A stretch of DNA of 64,000 bases from Acutalibacteraceae bacterium. GTDB taxonomy: Bacteria; Bacillota; Clostridia; Oscillospirales; Acutalibacteraceae. The notes under the pieces were generated by a model. That model ran no database searches. It saw nothing but the letters and a program-made list of their open reading frames with translations, and was not told the DNA's origin. This document shows positions 1 through 9,335 of the stretch, piece after piece. Each line of letters opens with the position of its first letter. The first letter of the stretch is position 1. The position numbers and the translations under genes are program-made. The stretch lies in contig JAZRKE010000010.1 in assembly GCA_045646145.1 (NCBI GenBank), positions 18,847-82,846 on the forward strand, written 5' to 3'.

Positions 1-231
1 ATGCAGAAGCGCCGCCGCTACCGACTGAGAATCCATACCGAGCGTTATGATTATTTTGGCGACATTGTATGGATGCAGATAAAACTCCTCTTTTGAGGAG
101 CGAAGCTGACCCTTATGAGCCTCAACACACCATTCATAAGCGTTTTTGATAAGCTCGTAATCATATTCGGTTTCCTGAGCATTCAAAAGCTCTACCAACA
201 AATCATAATTTTGCTTATAACTGCTATCCAT
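1..231 (-). CDS. relA: RelA/SpoT-family (p)ppGpp synthetase/hydrolase, N-terminal fragment (gene continues beyond window start)
   Basis: Own translation of the minus strand from ATG at 231: MDSSYKQNYDLLVELLNAQETEYDYELIKNAYEWCVEAHKGQLRSSKEEFYLHPYNVAKIIITLGMDSQSVAAALLH. This is the HD-domain start typical of RelA/SpoT. The start overlaps the recJ stop, and recJ-relA order is common in Firmicutes. Not in the ORF track. Confidence 0.75.
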   Translation of the reverse strand, partial: MDSSYKQNYDLLVELLNAQETEYDYELIKNAYEWCVEAHKGQLRSSKEEFYLHPYNVAKIIITLGMDSQSVAAALLH

Positions 232-2242
232 TAATGCCACCTCCTAATCGCTTTAAAATGTGTGAATTTTCTAAATTTGCTTTTTTATCGGGCACTTTCT
301 TTAAATACTTTACATAGTCTATTTTTTTGCGTTTAATAAGACCTAATTCCTCTAAAACATCTATGGCTACGCTGGTCTTGAAAAAGCCGAGATTAGTGAT
401 AAAACGCTGAATTACAAGCTGATTGGCTACCGTGCCGTCTATAGCCCTGTACACATTGCCTATCTCCTGCCTTGTAATACCGGGATAACAGCGCTCCTCA
501 CCGCATCTGAAGGCATCATAAAGCCTGAGTTCCTTAAAGAACTCATCCTCGTTAACACCCGATTTGCGAATTCCGGTAGCCTTTACCGTTACATTTCGGT
601 TGCCTGCATATTCGTTTACAGAAAGACTTACCGCAACATCGACAATATCACCCACTACAAACGGAAAAGAGACTGTAGGAATGGAGAAGAACATTATCTG
701 AATAGCCGAACCGCCCTTGCTTAAAATAAGCTTCGTGTGCTTGCCACCCGATAACTCACTAATCCTTATAATCTCCAAATTATAAAGCCCGAAAACAGGA
801 GAGGGATTACCCATACCGTAGGGCTCTAACTCCTCAAGCGCATCGGCTAAATCAAGGGTGATTGCCGAAATATTAAGCCTACAGTCGAGCTTAAGTGTTG
901 GAATAACATCGGGCAAAACCTTGGCATATTCATTAAGCGCCTCTCTTAATAAATCGATATTCGCTGTTTTTAGTGTAACACCTGCCGCCAGCTTATGTCC
1001 GCCAAACTTCATAAGCAAATTTTCATTTTGCTTTAAAGCATCATAAAGGGAAAAGCCATCTATACTTCTTCCTGAACCTGAGGCAATATCATCGTCTATA
1101 GACAAAAGAATTGTAGGCTTACCGTATCTCTCGGTAAGACGTGCCGCAGATATGCCAAGCACTCCGTGGTGCCAGCCGTCCCCCGCTACCACAATAACCG
1201 AATTATAGTTATATCCCTTTTGCTCAATAATGCTCTGAGCCGCCTCGTAAACCTCACGCTCCTCATTCTGACGCTGAGAATTCTGCTCCTCAATTAAAGC
1301 GGCAAGTTCATTGGCTCTGCCGAAATCTTCGCACAAAAGAAGCTCAAGTGCAGGTATGGGCGAGGACATTCTGCCCACCGCATTAAGCCTGGGCGCAATA
1401 CCGAAGGCAATTTTACCTGCGTTTACCTCACCTCTGCCTATACCTGCGCTGTTAAGCAGTGCTATAAGGCCCATCTTTTTGGTGTTGTTAATAGCCTTTA
1501 TTCCCTCTTTTACGACGCATCTGTTCTCGTCCCTTAACGGCATAACATCGGCTACAAGACCGATAGCGAGCAAATCTGCATACTCGGGTAATAATTCCTC
1601 GGGCTCACAGTCCTCCAGTGCGCAAACCACCTTAAAGGCAACCATAACACCGCTTATATCAGGAAATTCACAGCCACTGTTTTCTAAATGTGGGTCTACA
1701 ACCGCCAAGGCATCGGGCAGTCTTTCAGGGGGCAAATGGTGGTCGGTAACAACGGTGCCGATACCTATGCTCTTAGCATATTCCACCTCATCGAATGCGG
1801 CTATTCCGTTATCCACCGTTATAATTAACTCTACGCCCTTTTCTTTGAGTAAATCAATGGCGGCATTGTTCATACCGTACCCATCAGAAAAACGGTCGGG
1901 TAAATAGTAAATTACGTCGGCATTTCGTTTCTTTAAATAACTGTATAAAAGCGCGGTTGAGGTGATTCCATCGCAATCATAATCACCGAAAACGGCTATT
2001 TTTTTATTCGACTCTATAGCACCGTTTATAACCTCTACAGCCTTCACCATATCAGGCAGGTCATACGGGGATGAAAGAATTGGCTCGGGACTAAAGAACA
2101 TCTCAAGTTCTTCTGGGGTATCATAACCTCGCGACAAAGCAATAAGGGTTAAAAACGGGTCGGTATCACACATTTCGGAAAAGTAAGCCGCCTTGCTTTT
2201 ATCGGTTGCCGCCACTAACCACTTTTTGTAAGCCATATTCAT
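224..2242 (-). CDS. recJ: single-stranded-DNA-specific exonuclease RecJ
   Basis: 672-aa ORF with DHH-family motifs (FGDYDCDGITS, VVTDHH) and DHHA1-type GGHKLAAG. Confidence 0.9.
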   Translation of the reverse strand: MNMAYKKWLVAATDKSKAAYFSEMCDTDPFLTLIALSRGYDTPEELEMFFSPEPILSSPYDLPDMVKAVEVINGAIESNKKIAVFGDYDCDGITSTALLYSYLKKRNADVIYYLPDRFSDGYGMNNAAIDLLKEKGVELIITVDNGIAAFDEVEYAKSIGIGTVVTDHHLPPERLPDALAVVDPHLENSGCEFPDISGVMVAFKVVCALEDCEPEELLPEYADLLAIGLVADVMPLRDENRCVVKEGIKAINNTKKMGLIALLNSAGIGRGEVNAGKIAFGIAPRLNAVGRMSSPIPALELLLCEDFGRANELAALIEEQNSQRQNEEREVYEAAQSIIEQKGYNYNSVIVVAGDGWHHGVLGISAARLTERYGKPTILLSIDDDIASGSGRSIDGFSLYDALKQNENLLMKFGGHKLAAGVTLKTANIDLLREALNEYAKVLPDVIPTLKLDCRLNISAITLDLADALEELEPYGMGNPSPVFGLYNLEIIRISELSGGKHTKLILSKGGSAIQIMFFSIPTVSFPFVVGDIVDVAVSLSVNEYAGNRNVTVKATGIRKSGVNEDEFFKELRLYDAFRCGEERCYPGITRQEIGNVYRAIDGTVANQLVIQRFITNLGFFKTSVAIDVLEELGLIKRKKIDYVKYLKKVPDKKANLENSHILKRLGGGING

Positions 2243-2409
2243 TCCCCCTCTCTTTTTTAATTAATTTATTCTACCACTTTTTTAAAGCTTTTGCAAGAAA
2301 AGGCTATAATTATATAAATATATTTATAAAAATGCATTAAGTTCTTGCCGAAACAGAGTATTTGTGTTAGAATATTAAAGATAGTACTTTCCCAAAGGAG
2401 TTTATATAT

Positions 2410-3405
2410 ATGGAAAACGAGAAGAAACGAGTTTTAAGCTGCATTCAGCCGAGTGGTATGTTAACCCTTGGAAATTATCTCGGTGCGCTTAAAAACTGGA
2501 AAAATATGCAGGAGGAATTCGACTGCACCTTTGCCGTAGCCGACCTGCACGCCATAACCGTGCGTCAGGAGCCCGCAAAGCTCAGAGCCCAGATTTATTC
2601 AACTGCGGCTTTACTTTTAGCACTTGGCATAGACCCCGAACAGAATACGCTGTTTATTCAGTCCCACGTGGCTGCCCACTCGCAGCTTTCGTGGTTGCTT
2701 TCCTGTTATACGCAATTCGGTGAGCTTTCACGTATGACACAGTTTAAGGAAAAATCTGCAAGACACGCCGATAACGTAAACGCAGGACTATTTACCTACC
2801 CCGTGCTTATGGCGGCAGATATTCTCCTTTATAAGCCCGATTTAGTGCCGGTAGGCGCCGACCAGAAGCAGCACCTTGAAATTGCCCGTGATATAGCCAC
2901 ACGTTTTAACGGTTTATATGGGGATGTCTTCACAATCCCCGAGCCGTATATCCCGAAAACAGGCGCGAGAGTAATGTCGCTTCAGGACCCGGCCAAAAAG
3001 ATGTCTAAATCCGATGAAAATGTAAACGCCTGGGTTGCTATACTCGATAGCAGGGACGATATTATCCGCAAATTCAAGCGTGCCGTAACCGACAGTGAGG
3101 CGTGTGTTTGCATAGGCGACGAAAAGCCGGGAATTAACAACCTTATCGGTATCTATTCCGCCATCACAGGAAAAACCGCCGATGAGATAACAAAGGAATT
3201 TGAGGGCAAGGGCTACGGCGACTTTAAGATGGCTGTAGGCGAAACGGTAGCCGATGAGTTACGCCCCATTAAAGAAAAATATGAAACCTTTATAGCCGAT
3301 AAAAAGCAGCTTGAGGATATCTACAAAAACGGTGCCGAGCGCGCAGGATATGTCGCCCGCAAAACACTCGGTAAAGCCATGAAAAAGGTAGGATTTGTTT
3401 TATGA
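2410..3405 (+). CDS. trpS: tryptophan--tRNA ligase
   Basis: 331-aa class I aaRS with a KMSKS motif (KKMSKSD) and TrpRS-like N-terminus (SGMLTLGNYLGA). AGGAG RBS upstream. Confidence 0.95.
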   Translation: MENEKKRVLSCIQPSGMLTLGNYLGALKNWKNMQEEFDCTFAVADLHAITVRQEPAKLRAQIYSTAALLLALGIDPEQNTLFIQSHVAAHSQLSWLLSCYTQFGELSRMTQFKEKSARHADNVNAGLFTYPVLMAADILLYKPDLVPVGADQKQHLEIARDIATRFNGLYGDVFTIPEPYIPKTGARVMSLQDPAKKMSKSDENVNAWVAILDSRDDIIRKFKRAVTDSEACVCIGDEKPGINNLIGIYSAITGKTADEITKEFEGKGYGDFKMAVGETVADELRPIKEKYETFIADKKQLEDIYKNGAERAGYVARKTLGKAMKKVGFVL

Positions 3406-4319
3406 TAGGTTGCCTTGCAGGTAACAAAAGGGTAAATGAATCGCTTAAAAATCTGATAGATGATGCCCACCTGCCCCACGCCATTATTATTGAGGGTGAT
3501 GAAGGTACGGGCAGACACACTCTATCTTTCTATATAGCCAAGGCTTCGCTCTGTAAAGGGGATAACAAGCCCTGTGATGCCTGCCGCGACTGTATGCTGA
3601 CTATCGCGCACAATCATCCCGATATCGAATTTTTCGCCCCTGAGGATAAGAAGAAATCCTTAAGCGTTGACCAGGTGCGAAAAATTAAAGCCAATTCCTT
3701 TGTGAAAGCCCACAGAGGCGGCAAAAAGGTGTTCATTATCGATAAGGCAGATGCCCTTTCCGAAAGTTCCCAAAATGCACTGCTCAAAACTATTGAGGAG
3801 CCGCCTCAGGATATTCTCTTTATCCTTATTTGTGAATCGTCGCCAAGGCTGTTGCCCACAGTTATTTCGCGTTGTGCTATATTTTCCCTCTTTCCTCCCG
3901 AAGAAAATGAGGCACTCGAATATATTAGGAGCCACACTAAAAAAAGCGACGAGGAAATTATAAAAGCACTCGGTATTACCCACAATAATATTGGCAAGGC
4001 GCTATCCATTTTAGGTAAACGAAAGAGTGAAAAAAGCCACCTTGCTGAGAAGTTTTTAAACGGTGTGCTCGAATATGACAGTGCCGTAAATCTAATGCTT
4101 TTATTAAAGCCACTCGAAAAGGACCGTGTTAAAACGAGCGAGTTCATAAGCGAACTAAAACTTATTACTGCGGCAAAAATCACCGAAAACACAGGCAATA
4201 AACCATATCTTAAAAATCTTATAAAGATTTACGAAACAGTAAGCGAAATGGAAAGCTTGCTCGTAACCAATATTAATTTACCGTTATTTTTTGCTACACT
4301 TATTTCTAGTCTAATTTAA
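3402..4319 (+). CDS. holB: DNA polymerase III subunit delta'
   Basis: 305 aa with an AAA+ clamp-loader N-terminus (LPHAIIIEGDEGTGRHTL, NALLKTIEEPP). ATGA overlap with trpS. Confidence 0.85.
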   Translation: MIGCLAGNKRVNESLKNLIDDAHLPHAIIIEGDEGTGRHTLSFYIAKASLCKGDNKPCDACRDCMLTIAHNHPDIEFFAPEDKKKSLSVDQVRKIKANSFVKAHRGGKKVFIIDKADALSESSQNALLKTIEEPPQDILFILICESSPRLLPTVISRCAIFSLFPPEENEALEYIRSHTKKSDEEIIKALGITHNNIGKALSILGKRKSEKSHLAEKFLNGVLEYDSAVNLMLLLKPLEKDRVKTSEFISELKLITAAKITENTGNKPYLKNLIKIYETVSEMESLLVTNINLPLFFATLISSLI

Positions 4320-4329
4320 GGAGAAATCT

Positions 4330-5175
4330 ATGACACAGGTCGTATCTATAAAATTTAAGCAGGACGGCAGAATTTATTATTTTGACCCTGAAAAAATAAC
4401 CTTAAACGACGGGGACTATGCCGTTGTTGAGACCTCGCGCGGAATTGAATGCGGTCTCGTGTGCAAAGGCAACCACCTTTTGCCCGACAGTAAAATTACC
4501 GTGCCGCTAAAAAAAGTAATCCGCATAGCAGACGAAAAGGATATAAGCCGACTTCATGCCAATCGCAAGAAAGAGAATGAGGCATTTGACGAATGCCTGA
4601 AGCTCATAGAAGTGCACAAGCTCGAAATGGATTTAACAAGGGTGGAATATTCCTTTGACGGCAGTAAAATTATTTTTTATTTCACAAGCGAGGGCAGAGT
4701 GGATTTCCGCGAGCTTGTAAAGGACCTTGCGGCTAAATTCCACACAAGAATAGAACTCCGCCAAATCGGCGTTCGAGACGAGGCCAAGATGTTAGGCGGA
4801 ATAGGACTATGCGGTCAGCAATTTTGCTGCTCAAGATTTTTAAGCGATTTTCAGCCTGTGTCTATTAAAATGGCAAAGGAGCAGGGCTTATCACTCAACC
4901 CCACCAAAATCTCGGGCTCATGCGGCAGACTTATGTGCTGCTTAAAGTACGAGCAGGATGCCTATGAGCACTTAATTTCGGTAACACCCAGCATTAATTC
5001 TACCGTTAAAACATCAAGCGGCAGGGTTGGTACCGTTACCGATGTTAACCTGATTACAGGCAATATTATGGTGAATTTTGAGGATGCTGAATTCCCTGTA
5101 AAACTCAATCGCCGCGATGTTCAAATTCTCTCTCACGGCAAAAAAAAGAAGCCTAAACCCGAAACAGAAAAATAA
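4330..5175 (+). CDS. ricT: PSP1 domain protein (RicT/YaaT-like)
   Basis: 281 aa with a PSP1 C-terminal-type sequence and Cys cluster (CGQQFCC..CGRLMCCLKYE). Conserved position after holB. Confidence 0.85.
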   Translation: MTQVVSIKFKQDGRIYYFDPEKITLNDGDYAVVETSRGIECGLVCKGNHLLPDSKITVPLKKVIRIADEKDISRLHANRKKENEAFDECLKLIEVHKLEMDLTRVEYSFDGSKIIFYFTSEGRVDFRELVKDLAAKFHTRIELRQIGVRDEAKMLGGIGLCGQQFCCSRFLSDFQPVSIKMAKEQGLSLNPTKISGSCGRLMCCLKYEQDAYEHLISVTPSINSTVKTSSGRVGTVTDVNLITGNIMVNFEDAEFPVKLNRRDVQILSHGKKKKPKPETEK

Positions 5176-5253
5176 TACTTGATTTTTCTGCGTGTTCTTG
5201 CTACAATTAGTTCAGTGGGGATGCCACATATTATCTGTATGGAGGTGTGTTTA

Positions 5254-5424
5254 ATGGCTTACAAAATTTCTGATGAATGCATTAACTGCGGTGCTTGTGC
5301 AGCAAACTGCCCTGTAGAAGCTATTGCTGAAGGGGATGAGCACTTCGTAATCGATGCTGATGCTTGTATCGACTGCGGCGCTTGTGCTTCAGGTTGTCCC
5401 GTAGAGGCAATTTCTGCTGAATAA
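5254..5424 (+). CDS. 2x[4Fe-4S] ferredoxin
   Basis: MAYKISDECINCGACAANCP...CIDCGACASGCP has two CxxCxxCxxxCP motifs. GGAGGTG RBS 6 nt upstream of ATG 5254; the ORF-track start at 5179 has no RBS. Confidence 0.9.
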   Translation: MAYKISDECINCGACAANCPVEAIAEGDEHFVIDADACIDCGACASGCPVEAISAE

Positions 5425-5438
5425 TTCAGTACATAATT

Positions 5439-5466
5439 AACCGAGGTGCAAACCTCGGTTTTTTGT
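5439..5466 (+). terminator. intrinsic terminator after ferredoxin
   Basis: aaccgaggt-gcaa-acctcggtt stem-loop followed by a T-run. Confidence 0.7.
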
Positions 5467-5492
5467 TTGTCCATAAATATTAAGGTGATAAA

Positions 5493-5611
5493 ATAAATTT
5501 ACCAAAAAGAAAACCTACAAGGCTCAAAAATACGTTATAAGGCCCAACCATATCCATCTGCTTATACGTGTTTTTAACCATAACGGACCGTCGGGGGACG
5601 CCGGTCCCTAC
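5493..5611 (+). pseudogene. internally deleted, 3'-truncated copy of the Y1-transposase/RAYT-like gene at 6326-6820
   Basis: 5493-5535 aligns to 6326-6368 with ATG changed to ATA. 5533-5611 aligns to 6553-6633 at about 95% identity. It ends exactly after the GC-rich hairpin arm ...cggtccctac. Confidence 0.75.
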
Positions 5612-6006
5612 TATTTAAATTTACAGTTGTTACCCCCGACTATGAAAATCTTTTTAATTTTAATGGGTTTATTGTATTTTTTTGCATACCCAATCATTGA
5701 CCTTGTACCCTTACTTTTTCCATTCCAAAAACAAATAACATAGTCGCTTATTTCTGCCATTTGTTTGTTTCGTCTTGGTCCTGCACTTTTGCCGTAGGTC
5801 CTCCAATCGGCAGGATGTCTTTCAATCTCTAGTCCGTTTTCCTTTGCATAGCGTTCCCCTAAAGCATCAGCACCACTAGCGCCACCCGAAACGATAATAA
5901 TATTGTTTTCCTTTCGGATATTTGACAGGCAAAAATCAATATATACTTTTGCCTCCTCGTAATTATTGTAATCCCTGCAACCTGCAATAATAACCCTTTT
6001 AACCAT
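5611..6006 (-). CDS. SLOG-fold / DUF2493 family protein (YspA-like)
   Basis: Motifs VSGGASGADALGERYAKENG...PADW..YGK.AG..RN..M....D..I.FWNGKS.GT match the DUF2493 pattern as I recall it. Start chosen at the ATG with an AGAGGA RBS (MVKRVIIAG...). Confidence 0.75.
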   Translation of the reverse strand: MVKRVIIAGCRDYNNYEEAKVYIDFCLSNIRKENNIIIVSGGASGADALGERYAKENGLEIERHPADWRTYGKSAGPRRNKQMAEISDYVICFWNGKSKGTRSMIGYAKKYNKPIKIKKIFIVGGNNCKFK

Positions 6007-6120
6007 ATTCATCATCCTCTATATATGTAGATTATTAAATTATATAATGTATTAGTCTATATGTAAAGAGAAATAATAAGATACTATCTAATTAAAAAAC
6101 AAGTTATGGAGAAGTATCTT

Positions 6121-6324
6121 ATGATTAAATTAAAGGTTTTAGATTTATTAGAGAAAAAAGGTCATACAAAATATTGGTTATACAAGCAATTAGGAATGAG
6201 TTATCAAAACTTTAGTAAGATGGTAAACAACCAAACTAAATCTATTAGATATGAAAATATTGAAACTATTTGTTTGTTACTTGAATGTACACCAAATGAA
6301 CTTTTTGAAATTACTATAGAATAA
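6121..6324 (+). CDS. small XRE/Cro-type helix-turn-helix transcriptional regulator
   Basis: 67 aa, MIKLKVLDLLEKKGHTKYWLYKQLGMSYQNFSKMV...IETICLLLECTPNELFE. GGAGAAG RBS before ATG 6121. Its stop lies 1 nt before the next ATG. Confidence 0.75.
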   Translation: MIKLKVLDLLEKKGHTKYWLYKQLGMSYQNFSKMVNNQTKSIRYENIETICLLLECTPNELFEITIE

Positions 6325-6325
6325 T

Positions 6326-6820
6326 ATGAATTTACCAAAAAGAAAACCTACTAGACTTAAAAATTACAATTACAACACCCCAGGTGCATATTTTATAACG
6401 GTATGTGTTAAAGACAGAAAGAATTTATTGGGTAATATCGTAGGGACCGGCGTCCTCGACGGTCCGCAAAACATATTATCAAATTATGGAAAGATTGCAG
6501 AAAAGCATATTATTAAAATAAACAATTTTTATGATTATCTGTCGATTGAAAAATATGTTATAATGCCCAACCATATCCATCTGCTTATACGTATTTTTAA
6601 CCATAACGGACCGTCGGGGACGCCGGTCCCTACGAATAACGCAATATCACGGTTCCTCTCAACATTTAAAAGATTTTGCAATAAAGAATACGGACGTAAC
6701 ATTTGGCAATATCGCTCGTATGACCATATAGTTCGTGGAGAACTCGATTATAGAGAAATTTGCGAATATATTGAAAATAATCCTGCAAAATGGCAGGAAG
6801 ATTGTTTTTATTCCGAATAG
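6326..6820 (+). CDS. IS200/IS605-like Y1 (HUH) transposase / REP-associated tyrosine transposase (RAYT)-like protein
   Basis: 164 aa with YFITVC, an HUH-like MPNHIHLLI and a downstream YRSYDHIV tyrosine region. This architecture resembles RayT/TnpA-Y1 proteins. Confidence 0.7.
   Translation: MNLPKRKPTRLKNYNYNTPGAYFITVCVKDRKNLLGNIVGTGVLDGPQNILSNYGKIAEKHIIKINNFYDYLSIEKYVIMPNHIHLLIRIFNHNGPSGTPVPTNNAISRFLSTFKRFCNKEYGRNIWQYRSYDHIVRGELDYREICEYIENNPAKWQEDCFYSE
6440..6633. repeat. 27-bp GC-rich inverted repeat inside the RAYT-like ORF
   Basis: The reverse complement of 6440-6466 (gtagggaccggcgtcctcgacggtccg) matches 6607-6633 (cggaccgtcggggacgccggtccctac) at 26/27. Each arm is also self-complementary (ggaccg...cggtcc). 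A third copy lies at 5584-5611. Confidence 0.9.
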
Positions 6821-6896
6821 TTTTTGCATAGATATTGAAATTTCCGAAAAATGTTGTATAATAGACTTATAAAATAACTCTTAAGGAGAATGAATT

Positions 6897-7472
6897 ATGG
6901 AAAAAACCGTTTTAGTTGAAATTTCTGCACGTCATGTGCATGTTAGCGAGGCCGACCTCGAGGTTCTTTTCGGCAAGGGTTACAAGCTCACCCCAAAAAA
7001 AGACCTGTCTCAGCCCGGTCAGTTTGCCTGTGAAGAGCGTGTTACTGTTGTAGGTCCTAAAAAGGAACTTGCAGGTGTATCTATTTTAGGTCCGTGCAGA
7101 CCTGCTACTCAAGTTGAATTATCTTTAACCGATGCCCGTTCTATCGGAGTTAAGGCTCCTATTCGCGAGTCGGGCGATATTAAGGATAGCGGTGCTTGTA
7201 AATTAGTAGGTCCCTGCGGTGAGGTTGAACTCACAGAGGGTGTAATTGCCGCTAAAAGACATATACATATGACCGTTGCAGACGGTGAAAAATACGGCAT
7301 TACCGATAAGCAGATTGTATCGGTTAAAATTCCTACAGCTGACAGAAGCCTTATTTTTGAGGATGTAGTAGCCAGAGTAAGCGATAGTTATGCTCTTGCC
7401 ATGCACCTTGATACCGATGAGGCTAATGCCGCCGCAATTCCCGGCAGCTGCACAGGTATAATCCTTGACTAA
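6897..7472 (+). CDS. pduL: phosphate propanoyl/acetyl-transferase PduL-type
   Basis: 191 aa with duplicated PduL signature (ISARHVHVS...; AAKRHIHM...). Confidence 0.85.
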   Translation: MEKTVLVEISARHVHVSEADLEVLFGKGYKLTPKKDLSQPGQFACEERVTVVGPKKELAGVSILGPCRPATQVELSLTDARSIGVKAPIRESGDIKDSGACKLVGPCGEVELTEGVIAAKRHIHMTVADGEKYGITDKQIVSVKIPTADRSLIFEDVVARVSDSYALAMHLDTDEANAAAIPGSCTGIILD

Positions 7473-8568
7473 TCTCGGTATTTATATCCATATACCGTTT
7501 TGTGTATCAAAATGCAGCTATTGCAATTTTTATTCCTTTGCCTCAAATGAAGCGTTAAAGGATAAATATTGTGAAAGCCTTATATCAGAAATCAAGAAAT
7601 GGGGTGCGGAGATTTCCCGCCCCATTTCTTCGGTTTATATAGGCGGCGGCACTCCGACGGCACTCGGTGGGGATAGGCTTTGCGCGGTACTCGGTGCCGT
7701 TAATAGCAGCTTTAAGGTTTTAAAGGAAGCCGAAATTACGGTTGAGGGTAACCCTGCCGACGATTACGACATCCTTGCGCCTATTTTAAAAAAAAGCGGC
7801 TGCAACCGTTTTTCTTTGGGCGTTCAGTCGGCAAACGAGACGGAACTTGCTATTCTCAGAAGACGCCATTCAAACACCGATGTTGTAAATGCCATAAAAA
7901 GCCTTAAGGATAACGGAATTAATAACATTTCGGTTGATTTAATGTTGGGTCTACCTGAAAGCAACCTTGACACGCTGAATAACAGCATTGATTTTGTCCT
8001 TTCTTTAAATGCAGATCATATTTCCGCCTATATTTTAAAGCTAGAAGAGGGTACTCCGCTTTATAAAAGTGCACTACCCTTGCCCGATGACGATGCTATC
8101 AGCGACCAATATCTGTTTTTGTGCAATAAACTAAGGGAAGCCGGATACAGCCACTATGAAATATCCAATTTCGCGAAAGAGGGTTACCAATCGCGCCACA
8201 ATTCTTCTTATTGGAAATGCGAAGAATATTTAGGCTTTGGCCCCTCAGCACACTCGTTTTATGAGGGCAAACGCTTTTATTATAAGGACGATTTAATGGG
8301 TTACATTGATAACCCCACCCCTATCCCCGATGGTGAGGGCGGAACAAAGGAAGAATATATTATGTTGGGGCTTCGCCTTAAAAATGGCATATCCTCATAT
8401 GAATTTTTGGAAAAATTCGGGCAGGCTCTGCCCACCGCAATATTTAACAAGGCAAAAAAATTGCAAGAAAACGGATTATGTGATATAATAAATGACAACA
8501 TTTCCCTTACAGATAAGGGAATGCTTGTTTCAAACACCATAATAAACTATTTTTTAGAGGAAATTTAA
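7465..8568 (+). CDS. hemW: radical SAM heme chaperone HemW (HemN-like, oxygen-independent coproporphyrinogen oxidase family)
   Basis: LGIYIHIPFCVSKCSYCNF CxxxCxxC motif and HemN-C-like tail. TTG start overlapping the pduL stop. Confidence 0.85.
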   Translation: MTNLGIYIHIPFCVSKCSYCNFYSFASNEALKDKYCESLISEIKKWGAEISRPISSVYIGGGTPTALGGDRLCAVLGAVNSSFKVLKEAEITVEGNPADDYDILAPILKKSGCNRFSLGVQSANETELAILRRRHSNTDVVNAIKSLKDNGINNISVDLMLGLPESNLDTLNNSIDFVLSLNADHISAYILKLEEGTPLYKSALPLPDDDAISDQYLFLCNKLREAGYSHYEISNFAKEGYQSRHNSSYWKCEEYLGFGPSAHSFYEGKRFYYKDDLMGYIDNPTPIPDGEGGTKEEYIMLGLRLKNGISSYEFLEKFGQALPTAIFNKAKKLQENGLCDIINDNISLTDKGMLVSNTIINYFLEEI

Positions 8569-8569
8569 A

Positions 8570-9172
8570 ATGAGAACCTATAAGATTCATTTAATTCGCC
8601 ACGGCCTTACCGACGGCAACCTGAAAGGTCAGTACATCGGTCGTACCGACCTGCCCTTGATTCCTGAGGGTGTAACGGAACTGCAAATGCTAAAGGAAAC
8701 AGTAGAATACCCTAATGTACCGCTACTTTATTCAAGCCCGATGCTCCGTTGCCGACAGACCGCAAAAATCCTATTCCCCGACAATGAAATTACGGTTATT
8801 GATAACCTAAAGGAATACGATTTCGGCGATTTTGAGGGTAAAACAGCGAATGAACTCGAAATTGACCCCGCTTATTTAGAGTGGACCTCGGGTAAATCCT
8901 CAGGTACACCGAATGGCGAAGACAATGCCGAATTTGCAAAACGAATTGCGCTCGGCATTAATGAGGTTATCCGCGATATGATGGAAAAAGGTGTTTACCG
9001 TTCGGCAGTTATTATGCACGGTGGCACTATTATGACCTTCCTCGCCGCCTGCGGTCTTCCCCGCCGACATTTAACCGAATGGGCAACCGGCAATGGCAGA
9101 GGCTACACTATTCTCGTTGACCCCACCATATACGCCAGAACGGGTGCAGTTGAAATAATTGATATAATATAG
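8570..9172 (+). CDS. histidine phosphatase (phosphoglycerate mutase) family protein
   Basis: IHLIRHGLTDGN RHG motif, and a later H in IMHGGTI. Confidence 0.8.
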   Translation: MRTYKIHLIRHGLTDGNLKGQYIGRTDLPLIPEGVTELQMLKETVEYPNVPLLYSSPMLRCRQTAKILFPDNEITVIDNLKEYDFGDFEGKTANELEIDPAYLEWTSGKSSGTPNGEDNAEFAKRIALGINEVIRDMMEKGVYRSAVIMHGGTIMTFLAACGLPRRHLTEWATGNGRGYTILVDPTIYARTGAVEIIDII

Positions 9173-9176
9173 TTTA

Positions 9177-9205
9177 AGTCTTCCTTAAATGGAAGACTTT
9201 TTTTT
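9177..9205 (+). terminator. intrinsic terminator
   Basis: agtcttcc-ttaaat-ggaagact followed by T7. Confidence 0.65.
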
Positions 9206-9335
9206 ATTACAAAACTGTTACCGAATTGTAACTATTTGTAACTTGAAAATAATAAACAATTATCTCATAATTAATTTAAGATTTTTGTCATAATATGGAT
9301 TTTTTGCTTACTTGAATTATAAAGGGAGGATTTTT

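Noticed and set aside
2243-2409. Possible T-box leader upstream of trpS.
   Set aside because: Only 167 nt is shared with the divergent recJ promoter. The region is AT-rich, with no AGAGA box, no T-box 14-mer and no terminator, so it appears to be just a TGnTAGAAT promoter.
5179-5253. N-terminal 25-aa extension of the ferredoxin ORF.
   Set aside because: It has no RBS, whereas GGAGGTG precedes the internal ATG at 5254 and yields a canonical 56-aa 2x[4Fe-4S] ferredoxin.
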